Assembly (NCBI GenBank): GCA_951406725.2
Contig: OX597814.1
Span: 79,732,001 to 79,796,000, forward strand
Reading direction: 5' to 3'
Length of the DNA: 64,000 nt
DNA from: Octopus vulgaris
Taxonomy: Eukaryota
Part shown: positions 26,985 to 40,116 of the stretch, piece by piece
Layout: each line of letters starts with the position of its first letter
How positions within the stretch are numbered: position 1 is the first letter of the stretch
Translations under genes and position numbers: made by a program
Notes under the pieces: generated by a model
Seen by the model: the letters and a program-made list of their open reading frames with translations, nothing else
What the model was told of the DNA's origin: nothing
Database searches by the model: none

Positions 26985-27268
26985 AAAGGATTAAAACCCG
27001 CTTCAGTCATAAATGACAATGGGATTGCACCTAGAAAGTTCCCCTCCAAGGCATAAGGTTGTTTATGGAAGACCAGCAGTCACCCATGCATATCAGCCTC
27101 CTCTCTCCACGCCATTGATGTTATCCAAGGGAAAGGTAAAGGCCGCTTGGCACCAGTGACGTCACAACTCCTTTCTAGAGTTGCGTGAAATACAGCAACG
27201 TAAAATAAAGTGACTAGCTCAAGATTGTGAGCCCGATGTTTTAACCACTGAACCATACACGTTCACTT
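26985..27268 (-). mobile_element. tRNA-derived SINE (family D-related, different tail), internally deleted
   Basis: Head revcomp GTATGGTTCAGTGGTTAAAACATCGGGCTCACAATC; body TTTATTTTACGTTGCTG. Confidence 0.6.
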
Positions 27269-27281
27269 TCCAATGATATAC

Positions 27282-27328
<47 letters not shown>

Positions 27329-27399
27329 TATTTGTGTGTATACACACACACACGTTCACACACACACGTTCACACACACACACACATACACACACACCT

Positions 27400-27555
27400 A
27401 CGCCGGACTTCTCTATTTCTACCGGGCTCACTGACGAATCTTTGGTCAGCCTGAAGCTATAGTAGGAGACACATGTCCAACATACTGCACAAAGCAACTG
27501 AACCCGAGACCACGTATTTGGGAATCAAGGTTCTCAACTATGCAACCAAGCCTAG
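27400..27555 (-). mobile_element. SINE family B 5' half, decayed
   Basis: Similar to 18910-19071. Confidence 0.6.
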
Positions 27556-28884
27556 TACACATCACATTTTTAAGGCTTTGTATTAGAACCACTGAGTGTG
27601 TGTATGCGTATATATGCCTGCATGTATGTATGCATAAATTAGTAAGAATTGAGGGATACATTATTTTTTTTTATTTATCATAAACACTTACATGTATATA
27701 TGGCTTAATAACCTCTCCGCAAATTTTCAGACTGTGCATTCACGTATGAAGGTACTGTTCATTAATTCTGACTGACTGCCATTTCTTGTGTACATTTTAT
27801 TTCGTAATTCATCTCACATTGCCAGCCTGCTTAAAGTGTATTTAATTTCGGAATTCTCTTTCTCGTTTGCTTGTTATCAGCTCCTGAGAGAATATGCATC
27901 ACCGTTTCGGTGACAGGAAATAGAATTTGAATTCATGGCGCACTGAGCCAGAACAGATAGAGCAATGCATACGTTTGCCTTACTTCGTTTAACAAATATC
28001 AGACTATCGTCGAAAGTTCCAACAACAGAATGTTAAACTCTCTGCGTCAATAGATATCTGTAGGTTCCCTACTTGCCTTTGCTCTGGGCTTGTGATTTCC
28101 TCCTACTTTATTTAAATTTTTATTGTCGTATTAAAATTATTGATATATTTGCTACTCCCTACGTTTATGTACATTTATCCCGTCTTTATCTAAAGACGAT
28201 GAGGTGCCCGTCGCCTCTGGTCAAGTCCCGTACTGGAGGAAGACACCTTTCTGCTTCTTGATCGTTGTCGTTCCTTGTGCTTGTGGCATAGAAGATAAGG
28301 TGATTATTTTTGTTTCCGACGTGGGTTTAAATAACAATAACAACAATAAACAAACTAAGCTTTCGTCTCCAACAGACCATCAAACAAAAAAGAAAACCGA
28401 TTTAAAAAAAAAAAATATACCTTAAAAACAAAATAAGTAGGATAGACAGCAGAGCGAGAATGCTCCATTAATTTAGATGAAGAGTGCTCTAAAATTCCTA
28501 CATAGTTAATACTTAAACAAGCACTGACAAACGGTAAGGTTTATAAATTCTCGAGAAAATATTCGATAACGACATGAAGTACGACCATTATTTCCCTTCT
28601 CAGTGTCACAGGTCCACTGAGAATACATTTTACGCCAACAAAAATTGACTCAGTAACAACAAATTCAGAAGTTCAATGAAACAGCATCAACGGTGCCATT
28701 GAAAACATCTTTATAAAAGAAAAATATTATACAATTATACAGCAAATTCACGCAGCAATAATTCAGGGAACGTTCTTTCTACCTCATTACAGAACAGCCA
28801 ATATTCCAAATTACACTTAAACTAAAGCTTACAGATCCTTTCACATAATATATACATAGAAAAAATGTGCCTGCTATACAGATA

Positions 28885-29088
28885 ATGGTTTCAAATATTG
28901 GCACAATTTTGGTGGGGTGGACAAGTCGATTATATCAGTGTTCAACTGGTACTTACCAGTGTTTTGATGCCCTCGAAAGAAGGAAAAGCAAAGTCTACCC
29001 TGGTGGCGTTTGATCTCAAAACATAAGGACTAAATTCCGCTAAGCATTTTGTCCGGCGTGCTTACGATTCTACAAACTCTCTGCCTTA
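28885..29088 (-). mobile_element. SINE family A, decayed
   Basis: CTAAGCATTTTGTCCGGCGTGCTTACGATTC head and ACTGGTACTT core. Confidence 0.7.
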
Positions 29089-29230
29089 TCTACTAAGTAA
29101 ATATTGCAAATGACATCTAAAATGCAATAGGAAACAACATTATTTATATTAGAAATTCAGAGTTTCAAAAATAAAAATCCAGCAATAAGAAGCAAATTAA
29201 TTGAATAAACTCACAGGCACATATACATAT

Positions 29231-30070
29231 ATTACATGGAAAAATGTGAGAAAGAAAAATAATTCTCTTAAGATTATAAACCTGGAAAATTACAGGACAG
29301 GTTATTACACTTGGAAATGTTCAGGACAGCTATTACATCTGGTAAAGTACAGAACAAGAAACTTTTTACTTAAAATATTGCAACTAAGGATAAAATTTCA
29401 AATAAAATATTTAGATTTAGAAAATATTAGCTTTTATTAAAACTAAAAATTTTACTTGTATTCGTTATTACTTGTTAATTCTATTAAAAGTTAAAAATAA
29501 CTCTATTAAAAGATGTTTTGCACTTTAAAAAAGTTCATTTCTAATTATTAATTGATAATTAGAAATTTGAAAATAGGTTATAAAAAATAATAAGAATTAC
29601 ATAATTAGTACAATAAATAAATAGAATAATACAAAAATTAGTTATATATTACAGTAACATCTACCTATAACACCAAATTTACAGAGTTTGCTTGAGTTAT
29701 TGCCTAAGTTATTGGGAAGTCTTTACATTTTTAGTCTTAAACAATGCCTAATTTTTACATAATGAATTTGCCTACCATATATACTATTCTACTTTGCATA
29801 AAACTTTAGCTATATTGGTACTTCTGGCTCAACAAAATGAAGGTACCTCTTTTAATTATAATATTATTTTGCAAATAAAAATCGAATAAATTTTAATATT
29901 CAAATTTTATCCTTAGCTGCAATATTTTAAGTAAAAATCTTCTTGTTCTCTACTTTACTAGATGTAATAAATTTTTCTGAACTTTTCCAAGTGTAATAAC
30001 TTGTCCTGTAATTTTCAAGGTTTATAATCTTAAGAATATTGTTTCTCTTGCTTGCATTTTTCCATGTAAT
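29231..30070. mobile_element. AT-rich foldback/MITE with ~185-bp imperfect terminal inverted repeats
   Basis: 29231-29412 (ATTACATGGAAAAATG..CTAAGGATAAAATTT) is the imperfect reverse complement of 29887-30070. Confidence 0.8.
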
Positions 30071-30877
30071 CCATGATTTTTCCAGGCTATGCTATTATGC
30101 TTATTAATAATGTATTAAATGTGTCATTTAGCGGTGTCATTAATAACTTTTTCCTTACCTCAATGAGGCCGATGACATATATTAAAAGTCCTCTTATAGA
30201 ATTATATTCATAAAAAAGTATAGAACTCGATTATCGCCCTCAAATTTGAGAAACAAACACTCATAACTTTCTTCTTTTAAAACCCCGTTGCATGAGATTG
30301 ATATCATAAAATTCCTCGAATTGAGTTCTATAGTTTAAGCTTAATTAAAATAAAACAGCTAATTATACTTAATCCAATTTTTTGCCTTATATTTTTTAAT
30401 GATATTTTATCTCACAACATTTGTGATACAAATTTTTATACAAAACTATAAAATTCTTCATGCTTTCTTCTATCATTGAAGCTAAGATAAATATATTTTG
30501 CTTTAGAAATTAAAAAGTTATTTAGATCTAAACTTGATTGGAGGCATTACTTACTCTCCTATAACGTTGCTACAAATTTTGATATAAACTTATTTCTACT
30601 GGCTCAAATCTCAACTTTTTTATGCCAAAATGTAGCTAGGGATCAGTCGTCTTCAAAAATGTTAACAGTTTTCTATTTGGTTAAGAACTTAATCAGCGAC
30701 AAGCTCTGAAAGATAATGCATGTGAGTAAATTGCGGTCTTAAGAATATTATTCATCTACCACTGTAGTTGAATGATATGTGCGTATGTGGATATATTTGT
30801 GTATGTATGCGTATCTGTGCGCACTTATGTGTGTGTGTGTATGCGAATAATGCGCGTGCGAATAATGCGCGTGTGTG

Positions 30878-31128
30878 AAGGCGCGTGGCTTAGTGCTTAG
30901 GCGTGTTGAACTCATTATCGCTACATCTTGAGTTCCATTCCCGGATCGGGTGGCCTGTTGTGTTCATGGGCAAAACACTTCATTTCACGTTGCTCAGCTA
31001 TAAATGAGTAACCCTGCTTCGGATTAGCTACTGGATCACTGTAATGTTGGTCTAGCCAGCGGGGTGGGATCATTTGAATACTAAAACAATGTGAAGTCCA
31101 TTGTGACCAGCAATAGTCTGGTCGGTAC

Positions 31129-31130
<2 letters not shown>
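30878..31130 (+). mobile_element. tRNA-derived SINE family D
   Basis: GGCGCGTGGCTTAGTGCTTAGG box A, GAGTTCCATTCC box B, GGCAAAACACTTCATTTCACGTTGCTC. Confidence 0.8.
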
Positions 31131-31178
<48 letters not shown>

Positions 31179-31496
31179 TTATTAAGAGAAAACTTCACTA
31201 TTTGCAACATCTTAAAGAATTGTTTTAATCCAAAGTTCAAAATCATCTTGAAATCCTGATTCAATGCGAATTTAATTTTCCGTTTACAGCATCCACTGTG
31301 CTATTATTTTTAAGAATATTTCTTACAATAATCTGTATTATAAAGAAATAAGCTTCTTATGAGACGATATCTCTTGTTGGGATTATATGTTGGTCTTATC
31401 TCACTTAGGAAAGGCATAAATGACTCGAGTATTCTATTCTCTCAGTCTCTGTCTGTTTATCTGTCTGTCTGTCTCTGTTTGTCTGTCTGTCTGTCC

Positions 31497-31539
<43 letters not shown>

Positions 31540-32277
31540 CGATTTAGAAACATGAGAACTTTGTATGCAGCAGGTAGAAAATAAATGAAAACTATTTCTC
31601 TAAGAATATTGACAATGAAAGGGCATACTCGGATAGAAAGCCAGATAAAGAAATATTTCGAAATATTTTAGTCACGCCCTTCAATGTTGTTCGTATCCTG
31701 AGTTTAAATCTCTCAACAGAGCAACGATAATGTGTAACAAGTAACATACTTCGGACAAATTCATATAACTCCGGTCCTACGAAAATTTAGTCTCGTGTCA
31801 CGTCAGAAAACATCAATATTTCTCGTAAATGTAATATCTAACTTCTATCCATTTATGATAACATACGTTAATAAATTTCACAGATAGAAGAGAGAACTCT
31901 GTTTACAGAGAGAATATCTATGGTGAACAGACTGTTTTGTTGCTTTCAATATGAATAGCGGCCAGTTATAATGGTGATGAAGTTAGTAGTTATTGGAGTT
32001 AGTTGATGGAGGAATATCATTAAATATATACTTATGGTGAATAATCGACTGCAGGAACAGTTCTTCACCATTTTTACACTTTTCATACTTGCAGTAAAAA
32101 TCTCATAAACGGTAATATTTCGTTTTATATTCTCGTTTGTTTATATATCTTCCTACCTACCTACTTACTTACTTATATATTTTCTAGCTTTTCCATAACC
32201 GCTTGCTCTTGTACTACATACCTTTCTATCTATGTTTCCAACTATCAGCCACCGGGATGAAATCCAGAATATGAGCA

Positions 32278-32383
<106 letters not shown>

Positions 32384-32386
32384 CTA

Positions 32387-32430
<44 letters not shown>

Positions 32431-32989
32431 TGTCTACTTACCTGTCTACTACTTTCACTGTCTATTTACAATTTTCTTTTCTCTGTCTCTCTATCGCTGT
32501 CTGTCTCTTTCTTTCTTTCACTCTGTCTCTGTCTCTCTCTATTTCTCTCTCTCTCTCTCTAAATATATATATGTTGTCAATCTCTAACACTTAATAAATT
32601 TCTAACTCATCATTCCTCTTTTTCTTACTACTATGAAATTATTTTTAGTCTCATACACTCTCTTTCTCCCGCTCTCTGTGCGTGTGCCTATACGTGTATA
32701 TGTGTGCGTGTGCGCACGTCTGTGTGTATGTGTGTGCACTTGTGTGCGTCTCACATTTTTCTCTCAAAAAATATAGATGATTTATTATCAACCGCAGTAA
32801 ATGGATCTTCGTCGGTTTCAACGATAACTTTTACAGTTATTCAATCAACTGAGTAATTTACTCAGTAAATTATCGTGGTTAAGTGTATGAGTATTCCTAG
32901 TCCTTAGGGAAAATTAAGAAGGCGATCCTTTAATACAGTTCATCTGATGGATTACAACACTTACTGCCAACCAACATTCTTTTATGTAG

Positions 32990-33370
32990 ACCCACCTTCC
33001 TCTCCCTTACCTCAATTCACTCCTCCTTCATTCAACTTTGCTTAAAATCTACACAACATTCAGATCAGTAGCTTCTTCCTCTCTCATCTTCCCCTTTTCC
33101 GGATTCTACCTTTGTTCCCATTGCAAACCAATCCATTTTTCATCATCATCACCTCCAATATAGGATCCAACCACTGCACATTTCCTTCACCTGAACCACC
33201 ACAAGCATCAGCTATTTCCTTAAATGCAACATCTTGAATATCGAACAATCCAACCGCCGTTTAACTGACCAATTCAGGAAATGCTTCACGACAACCGGTT
33301 CAAAAACCAGTTTCGGTCTCTTGCTATTGCCGTTCTGTGGACCATAGCATGTTTCGCTTAGACATAAGAT
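32990..33370 (+). pseudogene. Decayed Penelope-like GIY-YIG endonuclease fragment
   Basis: SFT*TTTSISYFLKC..IEQSNRRLTDQFRK resembles the PLE motif FTCxSxxxxYxIxC..YIGQTxRxLxxRFxEH. Confidence 0.45.
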
Positions 33371-33617
33371 CTGCGAACAGCGGGCTTCATTTATTTTTCC
33401 ATTCATCTCTACATCTCTTTAGGTTGCAATAGTTTAAACGGAACATGAACAATATTAAACTCATCAGTCTGGGAGTACCTGCAAAGATCACGGGCTACAC
33501 CCTTTCCCCCAAACTCAGCAAGTATAAGAAAGGAAAACATGCAAAATATCATATGGCATTAAAACTCCCAGTCGTCTGAGAAACGTGACCGGAAATATGA
33601 ACCATAATGAACGAGTT

Positions 33618-33838
33618 AGGGCGGCGAGCTTGCTCAATCATTTGAGTGTTCGAAAAGTACTTCAATGTATCTCTTCCAGTTCTTTACGTTCCAGGTTCCA
33701 ATCACTCCAGGATCAACTTTACTTTTCATCCTCCCGTGGTCGTTGAAATAAAGTATCAATTATGTACTAGAAGCGATGCTGCCTAACTATTTTCCATACC
33801 TACAAAATTGCTGGCATTGCGCCTAAATCAGAAACCAT
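33618..33838 (+). mobile_element. SINE family A, decayed
   Basis: GGGCGGCGAGCTTGC head; GATCAACTTTACTTTTCATCC core. Confidence 0.7.
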
Positions 33839-34234
33839 TATAAAAAGAATTACTATTGAAAGAGTCAGCAAAAACTGCCACTTTTAATTTTGAGATTTTG
33901 AGATTTTATTTTTATGTAGAAGTCTCGTGAGCTCAGAATTACTAACACCGTAGTATGCATGAACGAGGAAATCACTGCATATCTACTCTACCTAATTTGG
34001 GTAAATATCAAATATCACTTAAATTACACCCTAGTATTTTGAAAGGGGAGTCCAACAAAAACAAAAGAAAATATAAAACGGATGATCACGGCTTGAATGC
34101 TTTCGATTGTAGGTACGCTCAATTAGAGCCGATTGAGAGTTAAACACCAGCAACTCACAACTATCATCCACTTAAAAAGTATCACTAAATCGCCAATACC
34201 ATTTTCACACGTTTCTGTCTTCGTCTGTGATAGT

Positions 34235-34415
34235 CTTCAAATTTTGGCACAAGGCCAGTAATTTTTGGGTAGAGGGTAAGTCGATTACATTGACCACGAA
34301 ACGATGAAAGGCAAAATCAACCTCGGCGGAATTTGAACACAGACCGTAAAAACGGACGAAAAGCCGATAAATACTTTGCTCGGCGTGCTAACGACTCTGC
34401 CATCTCCCCACCATC
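34235..34415 (-). mobile_element. SINE family A
   Basis: GATGAAAGGCAAAATCAACCTCGGCGGAATTTGAAC..CGGCGTGCTAACGACTCTGCC. Confidence 0.8.
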
Positions 34416-35114
34416 GCGTTTATGTATATATTAAATACATTCTTCTCGAATAAAATTTTTGTTCAAAACATAACTTAATGATTAAGTTGTAATATATTTT
34501 TTTATCAATCATAATAACTAAATATTTAATGAAATTTGCGAAACAAGAAACGTAGTTGCTATTATCCTTTATAAACTATGTAGTATTAAATATAGTTCCC
34601 ACTGGAGATGCTTTTATATATAAAAGAACAGATGTTCGATTGAATCAATAAAGTGTGCGTGGTAGAAGCATCTCAATTTATGAGATAATTATTCAGATTT
34701 TTCAGAAAGAAATAATAAAATAAAGATACCTTTTGTACATAAAAATACCAATAAATTTATAACTTTAAAATTAAAACTGCTCAAATGCTATAAATGTTTG
34801 GTATTTTGAAATATTCAATAAGCAGATTGCATTAATATGGAAGTACAAGTTTGTTTTAGTACTAACTATAATATCAACATGAACCTACCTTCGGTTTTTA
34901 AAAATAAATTACATGATTTAAATCATGTTGTATACCTCAGTATTCCTTACGGACGATAGGTGGAGCAGTCCTCATTCCCAAAAGATGGAGGCAGGTTTCT
35001 CAAGGAGTGGAGGACTGGAAAAATAGAAAGACAAATTACTGTTTAATAAAATAACGATAATTTATTTTCTTTAAACTTATCCAATACTGTGATGAAGAAA
35101 GAAAAATTATATTA

Positions 35115-35320
35115 TGTTGAGCTGGAAGACTCATTAGCACGACGGACAAAATGGTTTAGCAATTTCTCCCGACTCTCTACGTTGTAAATTTAAACCCCGT
35201 TGAGGACAACATTGCTTTTCCACCGTTCGGGTTCGATAACATATGTACCAGTCCTGGGGTAGATGTAATGGGGTTAACCCTCTCAAAATTGCTGGCTTTA
35301 CCCCAAAATTTGAAACTGTT
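35115..35320 (+). mobile_element. SINE family A, decayed
   Basis: GAGCTGGAAGACTCATTAGCACG..GCTTTTCCACCGTTCGGGTTCGATAAC. Confidence 0.65.
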
Positions 35321-35565
35321 GATAAAGAGGAGGAAGGTCAATAAATTTCAATAAATTTCAATAAATTATTTTTGAGATATGTAAGTTTGGGTGTGTTGCT
35401 ATTTTCCAATTAAAGAATCGCTGAAATAGTTTGTAATAATTAATATATTATGTAATTATATACATTTATAAAGTTCATAATTAATTTCGTCATTTCTACT
35501 TAAAATTATTTCGCCTCATCCCTCACCCTAAAGTTAAAACTGCTTGCAGCACTAATGATGCCATT

Positions 35566-35614
<49 letters not shown>

Positions 35615-35706
35615 TCAGCAATACTGCTACATCACTGCAAAGCCCCACCGTCTACAACTTCAACTCAGTCACATAGCTAAATATTTATGTATTTATTTAT
35701 CTATTT

Positions 35707-35823
35707 CCGTGACGGTAGTCTCCGATCGGTACCTGACGTCATGACACCACCTTCGGCATTGTTTGTTTTTGTTTTTGTTTTTATTTCGTTTAACCGGAAC
35801 TTACTAATCGATCGCTTATCTTT

Positions 35824-35867
<44 letters not shown>

Positions 35868-35950
35868 GGAGAAAAGCAGCAAAACTATATCTCACCCTTC
35901 TCACCCGACCCGTTATATAAACCTGCATTTCCTTCGCCTTACTCATCATC
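35707..35950 (+). promoter_or_regulatory. Candidate Pol II promoter/enhancer: CRE, ETS-like site, GAGA tract, TATA box
   Basis: TGACGTCA 35734-35741, half-CRE TGACG at 35710, ACCGGAAC 35793-35800, (GA)n 35826-35862, TATATAAA 35914-35921, TCA initiator-like at 35943-35945; locally CpG-rich. Confidence 0.35.
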
Positions 35951-36197
35951 TTCACCACCTAAACCCTCTGCCGACTAACCGCCACTACTACAGCTGCTGC
36001 TGTCGCCACCACCATGTTCAACATTAATACATGTCACCATCGCCATCACCAACCTTTATCGGTTCACCATTATAACTAACACAAGCGCATACATACATTC
36101 AGACAGACAGACAGACAGAAAGACTCACAGACATGCACACATATGTGTGCATGTATGTGCGTGTGTGGGTGTATATACAGACAAATACACACACATA

Positions 36198-36243
<46 letters not shown>

Positions 36244-36244
<1 letters not shown>

Positions 36245-36601
36245 TAGCAGTATCGCCCGGCGTTGCTCAGGTTTGTAAGGGAAATAACTATAAAGCATTT
36301 TTAGAGAGTTATAGTAAAAAAATGGAAAAAAATGATGGTAAATTTTTTTTGAGATTTAAAAAAAGGTGGAGTTTGTGGTTTGTGTTTCTGATTCTCGACC
36401 CCATGTCGAATTTATCGATTTTTTTTCAGAACTGGGGGAACTTTTCAAAATTTTCGCTGCGTTAGTTTTGAATTATGACATTGGGCTATGTGTGTGTCAA
36501 GTTTCATCAGAATCGGTTGAAAGCCGTGGTCAGGGTGAGGGTACAAGCAAACAGACACACAGAAACACGCACAGACAAACTGCCGTTTATATATAGAGAG
36601 A
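36244..36601 (-). mobile_element. Complete non-autonomous Helitron (Lep1-like layout)
   Basis: Minus strand 5' TC(TC)TATATATAAACGGCAGTTTGTCTGT..CAACCGATTCTGATGAAACTTGAC; 3' hairpin CCTGAGCAACGCCGGG then CTAG|T; A^T target, no TSD. Confidence 0.85.
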
Positions 36602-36610
36602 TATATATAT

Positions 36611-36694
<84 letters not shown>

Positions 36695-37125
36695 GTACAC
36701 ACTCGCAGCCACACATGCAGATATATATGTATATTTCAATCTATCTATCTATCTACCTCAATCTCTCTTTCCCTTCACCCTCTCACACACACACATACAC
36801 ACAATTTCCAGTACCACCGGCACCACCGGCACCACCAGCACCACTCAATTTCGTTTGTTTCTTTGTGGAAACAGCAATGAACAAAGCTGGTAGCGACATC
36901 GCAGCATAGTTTACTATTGAACCGTCACCACTACAAACATTAACAACACAAATAACCACACCGTCATACCGCAACACCAATAAGCCAAGCTAAAAATTGA
37001 GCCTCTACGTGGTGCTTACCTACTAGAAATAGCAGTCTTATCTCACTCAAATCACAACGTAACAACAGAAAAATTGGAGACGTCTAACAAAAAGAAGCGA
37101 GTTAAATAAGGTGCCTGTACGTGGT

Positions 37126-37295
37126 CAGTGGCGTAGCTAAACGTGTGTGCTGCCTGGGGCAGCCCTTGGGTTTGCCGCACCTTCTTGGGTTCTCAAGCTA
37201 TTACAGGCTTATACAGGAAACTTAAAACTACCGTCCTTGTGAAGGAGTCCGGGGTCAATCGTCCTTCCTCACCCTTATTCGCCGCTACGCTACTG
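37126..37295. mobile_element. hAT-type MITE
   Basis: TIRs CAGTGGCGTAGC / GCTACGCTACTG; 8-bp TSD TACGTGGT / TAGGTGGT (7/8). Confidence 0.8.
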
Positions 37296-37696
37296 TAGGT
37301 GGTATCTCGGTCTGTTAATAATAGCAGCTACGGCAATGAAGTTTTAAAGTTCCAGTACTAGGAGGGTTCAAAATAGCAGAGATGTTAGAACGTAGAAACA
37401 AATGATTTGCAGTATTTGTTACGGCTCGCTGCGCTGTGATTTCGAATCTCTCCGACGTTAACTTAACTTTTGGGGGACTATAAGCCAAAGAATCAGCTCA
37501 AGGCAGTGGTTTGCCATACTGTTAGAAAATCGAACCTTGTATTGTTTGTCCTTGTTTTCTGGCTTTTAGTGGGATTAGTTCGATGCCCAGTTTACCACCG
37601 CCGTGTGTTCCTTGGATACTTTTATGTGGTTTCACTCGAATGCATGCATTTATATCCAACGGTCTAAAGAAATGATTTGCTACATAATAATGTCCT

Positions 37697-38010
37697 GGAG
37701 CGTAGCTGATTAGTTCGGGTATTCGCCTCACGATCGTAGGGCTGTGAGTTCGATTCCCGGTAGGTCGTTGTGTCCCTGAGCAAGACACTTTCTTTCACAT
37801 TGCTCCACTCCACTCAGTTGGCAAAAATGAGCAGTACCTGTATTTCAAATTCTTGTCACACTCTGTATAAGGCTGACTCTCCTTGAGAACTACGTTAAGG
37901 GTTCACATGTCTGTGGGGTGCTCAGTCACATGCACGTTAATTTCACGAGCAGGCTGTTCCGTTGATTGAATCAACTGGAACCCTCATCGTTGTAAGCGAC
38001 GGAGTGCCAG
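37697..38010 (+). mobile_element. tRNA-derived SINE family D, full length
   Basis: GAGTTCGATTCCC box B, GTTGTGTCCCTGAGCAAGACACTT, tail CACGTTAATTTCACGAGCAGGCTGTTCC..GACGGAGTGCCAG. Confidence 0.85.
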
Positions 38011-38029
38011 TTAGAGTTATATGTAATAA

Positions 38030-38345
38030 TGTCCTGAGTTCCCTGTTCTTAGGGGAAAATTTGATGGTCACGGCTGGAATTCTTTTGATTATATGTCCGA
38101 TAGACCAGGACTGACTTAGGGCTAAACAACAATGACAACAATAATGCCCACTAATTCAACAACAGAGCCTTTATATAGTCATCGGCCAGTAAGAAATAGC
38201 AACCAAATCTCACTCAAATTACATCCTATAAAAGAGCATCTTGAGAAAATGTGTTCCTACGCTCTCTGTACGTAGGGAGAAGATGAGATGATCACAGCTG
38301 GAATGTTTCTGATCATAGAGCTGCCACATCAGAGCTAAACGACGA
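38030..38345 (-). repeat. Dispersed repeat family E, two adjacent copies; related copies near 690-1000, 23790-23990, 33960-34150, 36990-37070, 44100-44340, 55760-55960
   Basis: Recurring GATGGTCACGGCTGGAAT..TGATCATA..GGGCTAAACAAC and AGAAATAGCAACCAAATCTCACTCAAAT motifs. Confidence 0.6.
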
Positions 38346-40116
38346 CAAGGATTCTCACAGATGGTAAGTAGAGGAGAAGAAGATGTATACTGTAGGCTTA
38401 TGTGGAGGTGGTATATAACCTGCTAATTCGGAGGATCAACAGCAACAGTCGTTGTAGTAGTGGTGGATGGAATTGTGCGTGTGTAAGTAAATGGTCATAG
38501 CATATTGGTGAATAAGTCTTTACAAGTGAACCGAATAGCTTTCTTTTAAATGCAATGTTGTATAGCTGTACGTGTTACAGTATCAACATTCCAACCTGAG
38601 GTTCACTAAAATATTGTTAGACGTCAGCAACAGGATCTGGAAGAATAAATGTAGCATTTTGAATGCGGTTTTGCAAACAGTACAAACATGACAAAAATTT
38701 TAGCAGCATCAACTTTTGCTTGGGATTGAAAACACTTCCTATGAAGAATGATACAATTCATTTTACAAAAAAAAAACGTACCAAGGATGGAATTACAAAA
38801 CCTGCAAGTGAACTAATACAGAAAGAGGAAAAGGTGCAGTTCCTTCAGTTAAAATATATACTGAGAAAGAACGTCTGGTCATTCATGACCAATTACTTAA
38901 TGCATTCATGAATGTTTTAGAATGCCTGGCTTTTCACATTTAAATCTGACCATCACAAACTTAATTAAAGCAGACGTGTTACTAGGTTAAATGAAATAAT
39001 ATATGAGTAGACAATAATACTTAATTACTACAGTCAATACACTAAGTTAAATGAAATAATATATGCAGCAGCCTCTCTAGTTAGAAAGAACTGTTGGAAT
39101 TCTCTCAGGTTCAATCATATAACAATATCAAAATTCAAGGAATAATACAGGAAATAACCATAATAAAAATATAGAAAATAAGAGAAAGCATCAGCTCTTA
39201 ATCCTTAAGCTATAATAATAGTCAACGAAATGCTAAAGTTCAGTTGCGAAAAGACATGGAGCTATCGCGGATTCATCAAAATCAAAGATGCTTAATAGCA
39301 AATTTTGTAGTAGTAAGTTGCAGAAAGTGAACATTGCGAAAGCTGGTTAATGTCATGAAGTGCCCTGATCATTCTTAGGTTGTTCTTCAATTAGGAAATA
39401 GTTTTTTTTGTGATGGGGCTTGACAACAATATCTTGCCATTTAAACTTACTCTTTCTGAGTGAGAGGATTATATATCCTAAACTCCAAGACTTAGTGTAA
39501 AGTTACTTTGTCATTTTCTGAGATATTTTCTTGTGTATACATGTACCACTTCTATTGGTATTGGCATAACTTTCAGTATATTAAGGTCACAATTCTACCA
39601 CACCTGTAGCTGATTGTTTTTGCGTAAGTAAATCTGGGCAGCCAGAGACAATGCAGTTAATTGTTTCTTCCCAACTTTACACTCTAAATATTTAATGTAT
39701 TGCAATTACTTCATTCATTAAATACTTTAATTTTAAACTACAATCGACAATCTTTAAGTCTCGCCGGCGGGTCTGAACACTTCAGCTCGTGTTGCAATCT
39801 TTCTTTGTTTATTTCAACGTCATTCAGTTGTTTCAAACATTGGACACGCAGAAGCATTTTTCTCGATTCAACTTTTCAGGTTTTCCATTATTCTTTTTGT
39901 TGTTTTTCGCTTTCCCTTATAGACTCTCATTTCATCCTGTTTTATTTTGGTTTCATTCCTTGAAGATAGGAAAGAGTAATATTTCTTTTTGTTCGTAATT
40001 GGTAGCATGGTATACTAGTTTTTTTTCCTTATTCTGTATTTTTGTGTATTTGCAGTGGATGTTTGATCATTTTCTATTTGCTTAAGTTCTCTACCTCCAT
40101 GAATTGGAAGTAGATA

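Noticed and set aside
38590-38960. Possible Tc1 remnant
   Set aside because: Only vague motif echoes and no TIRs.
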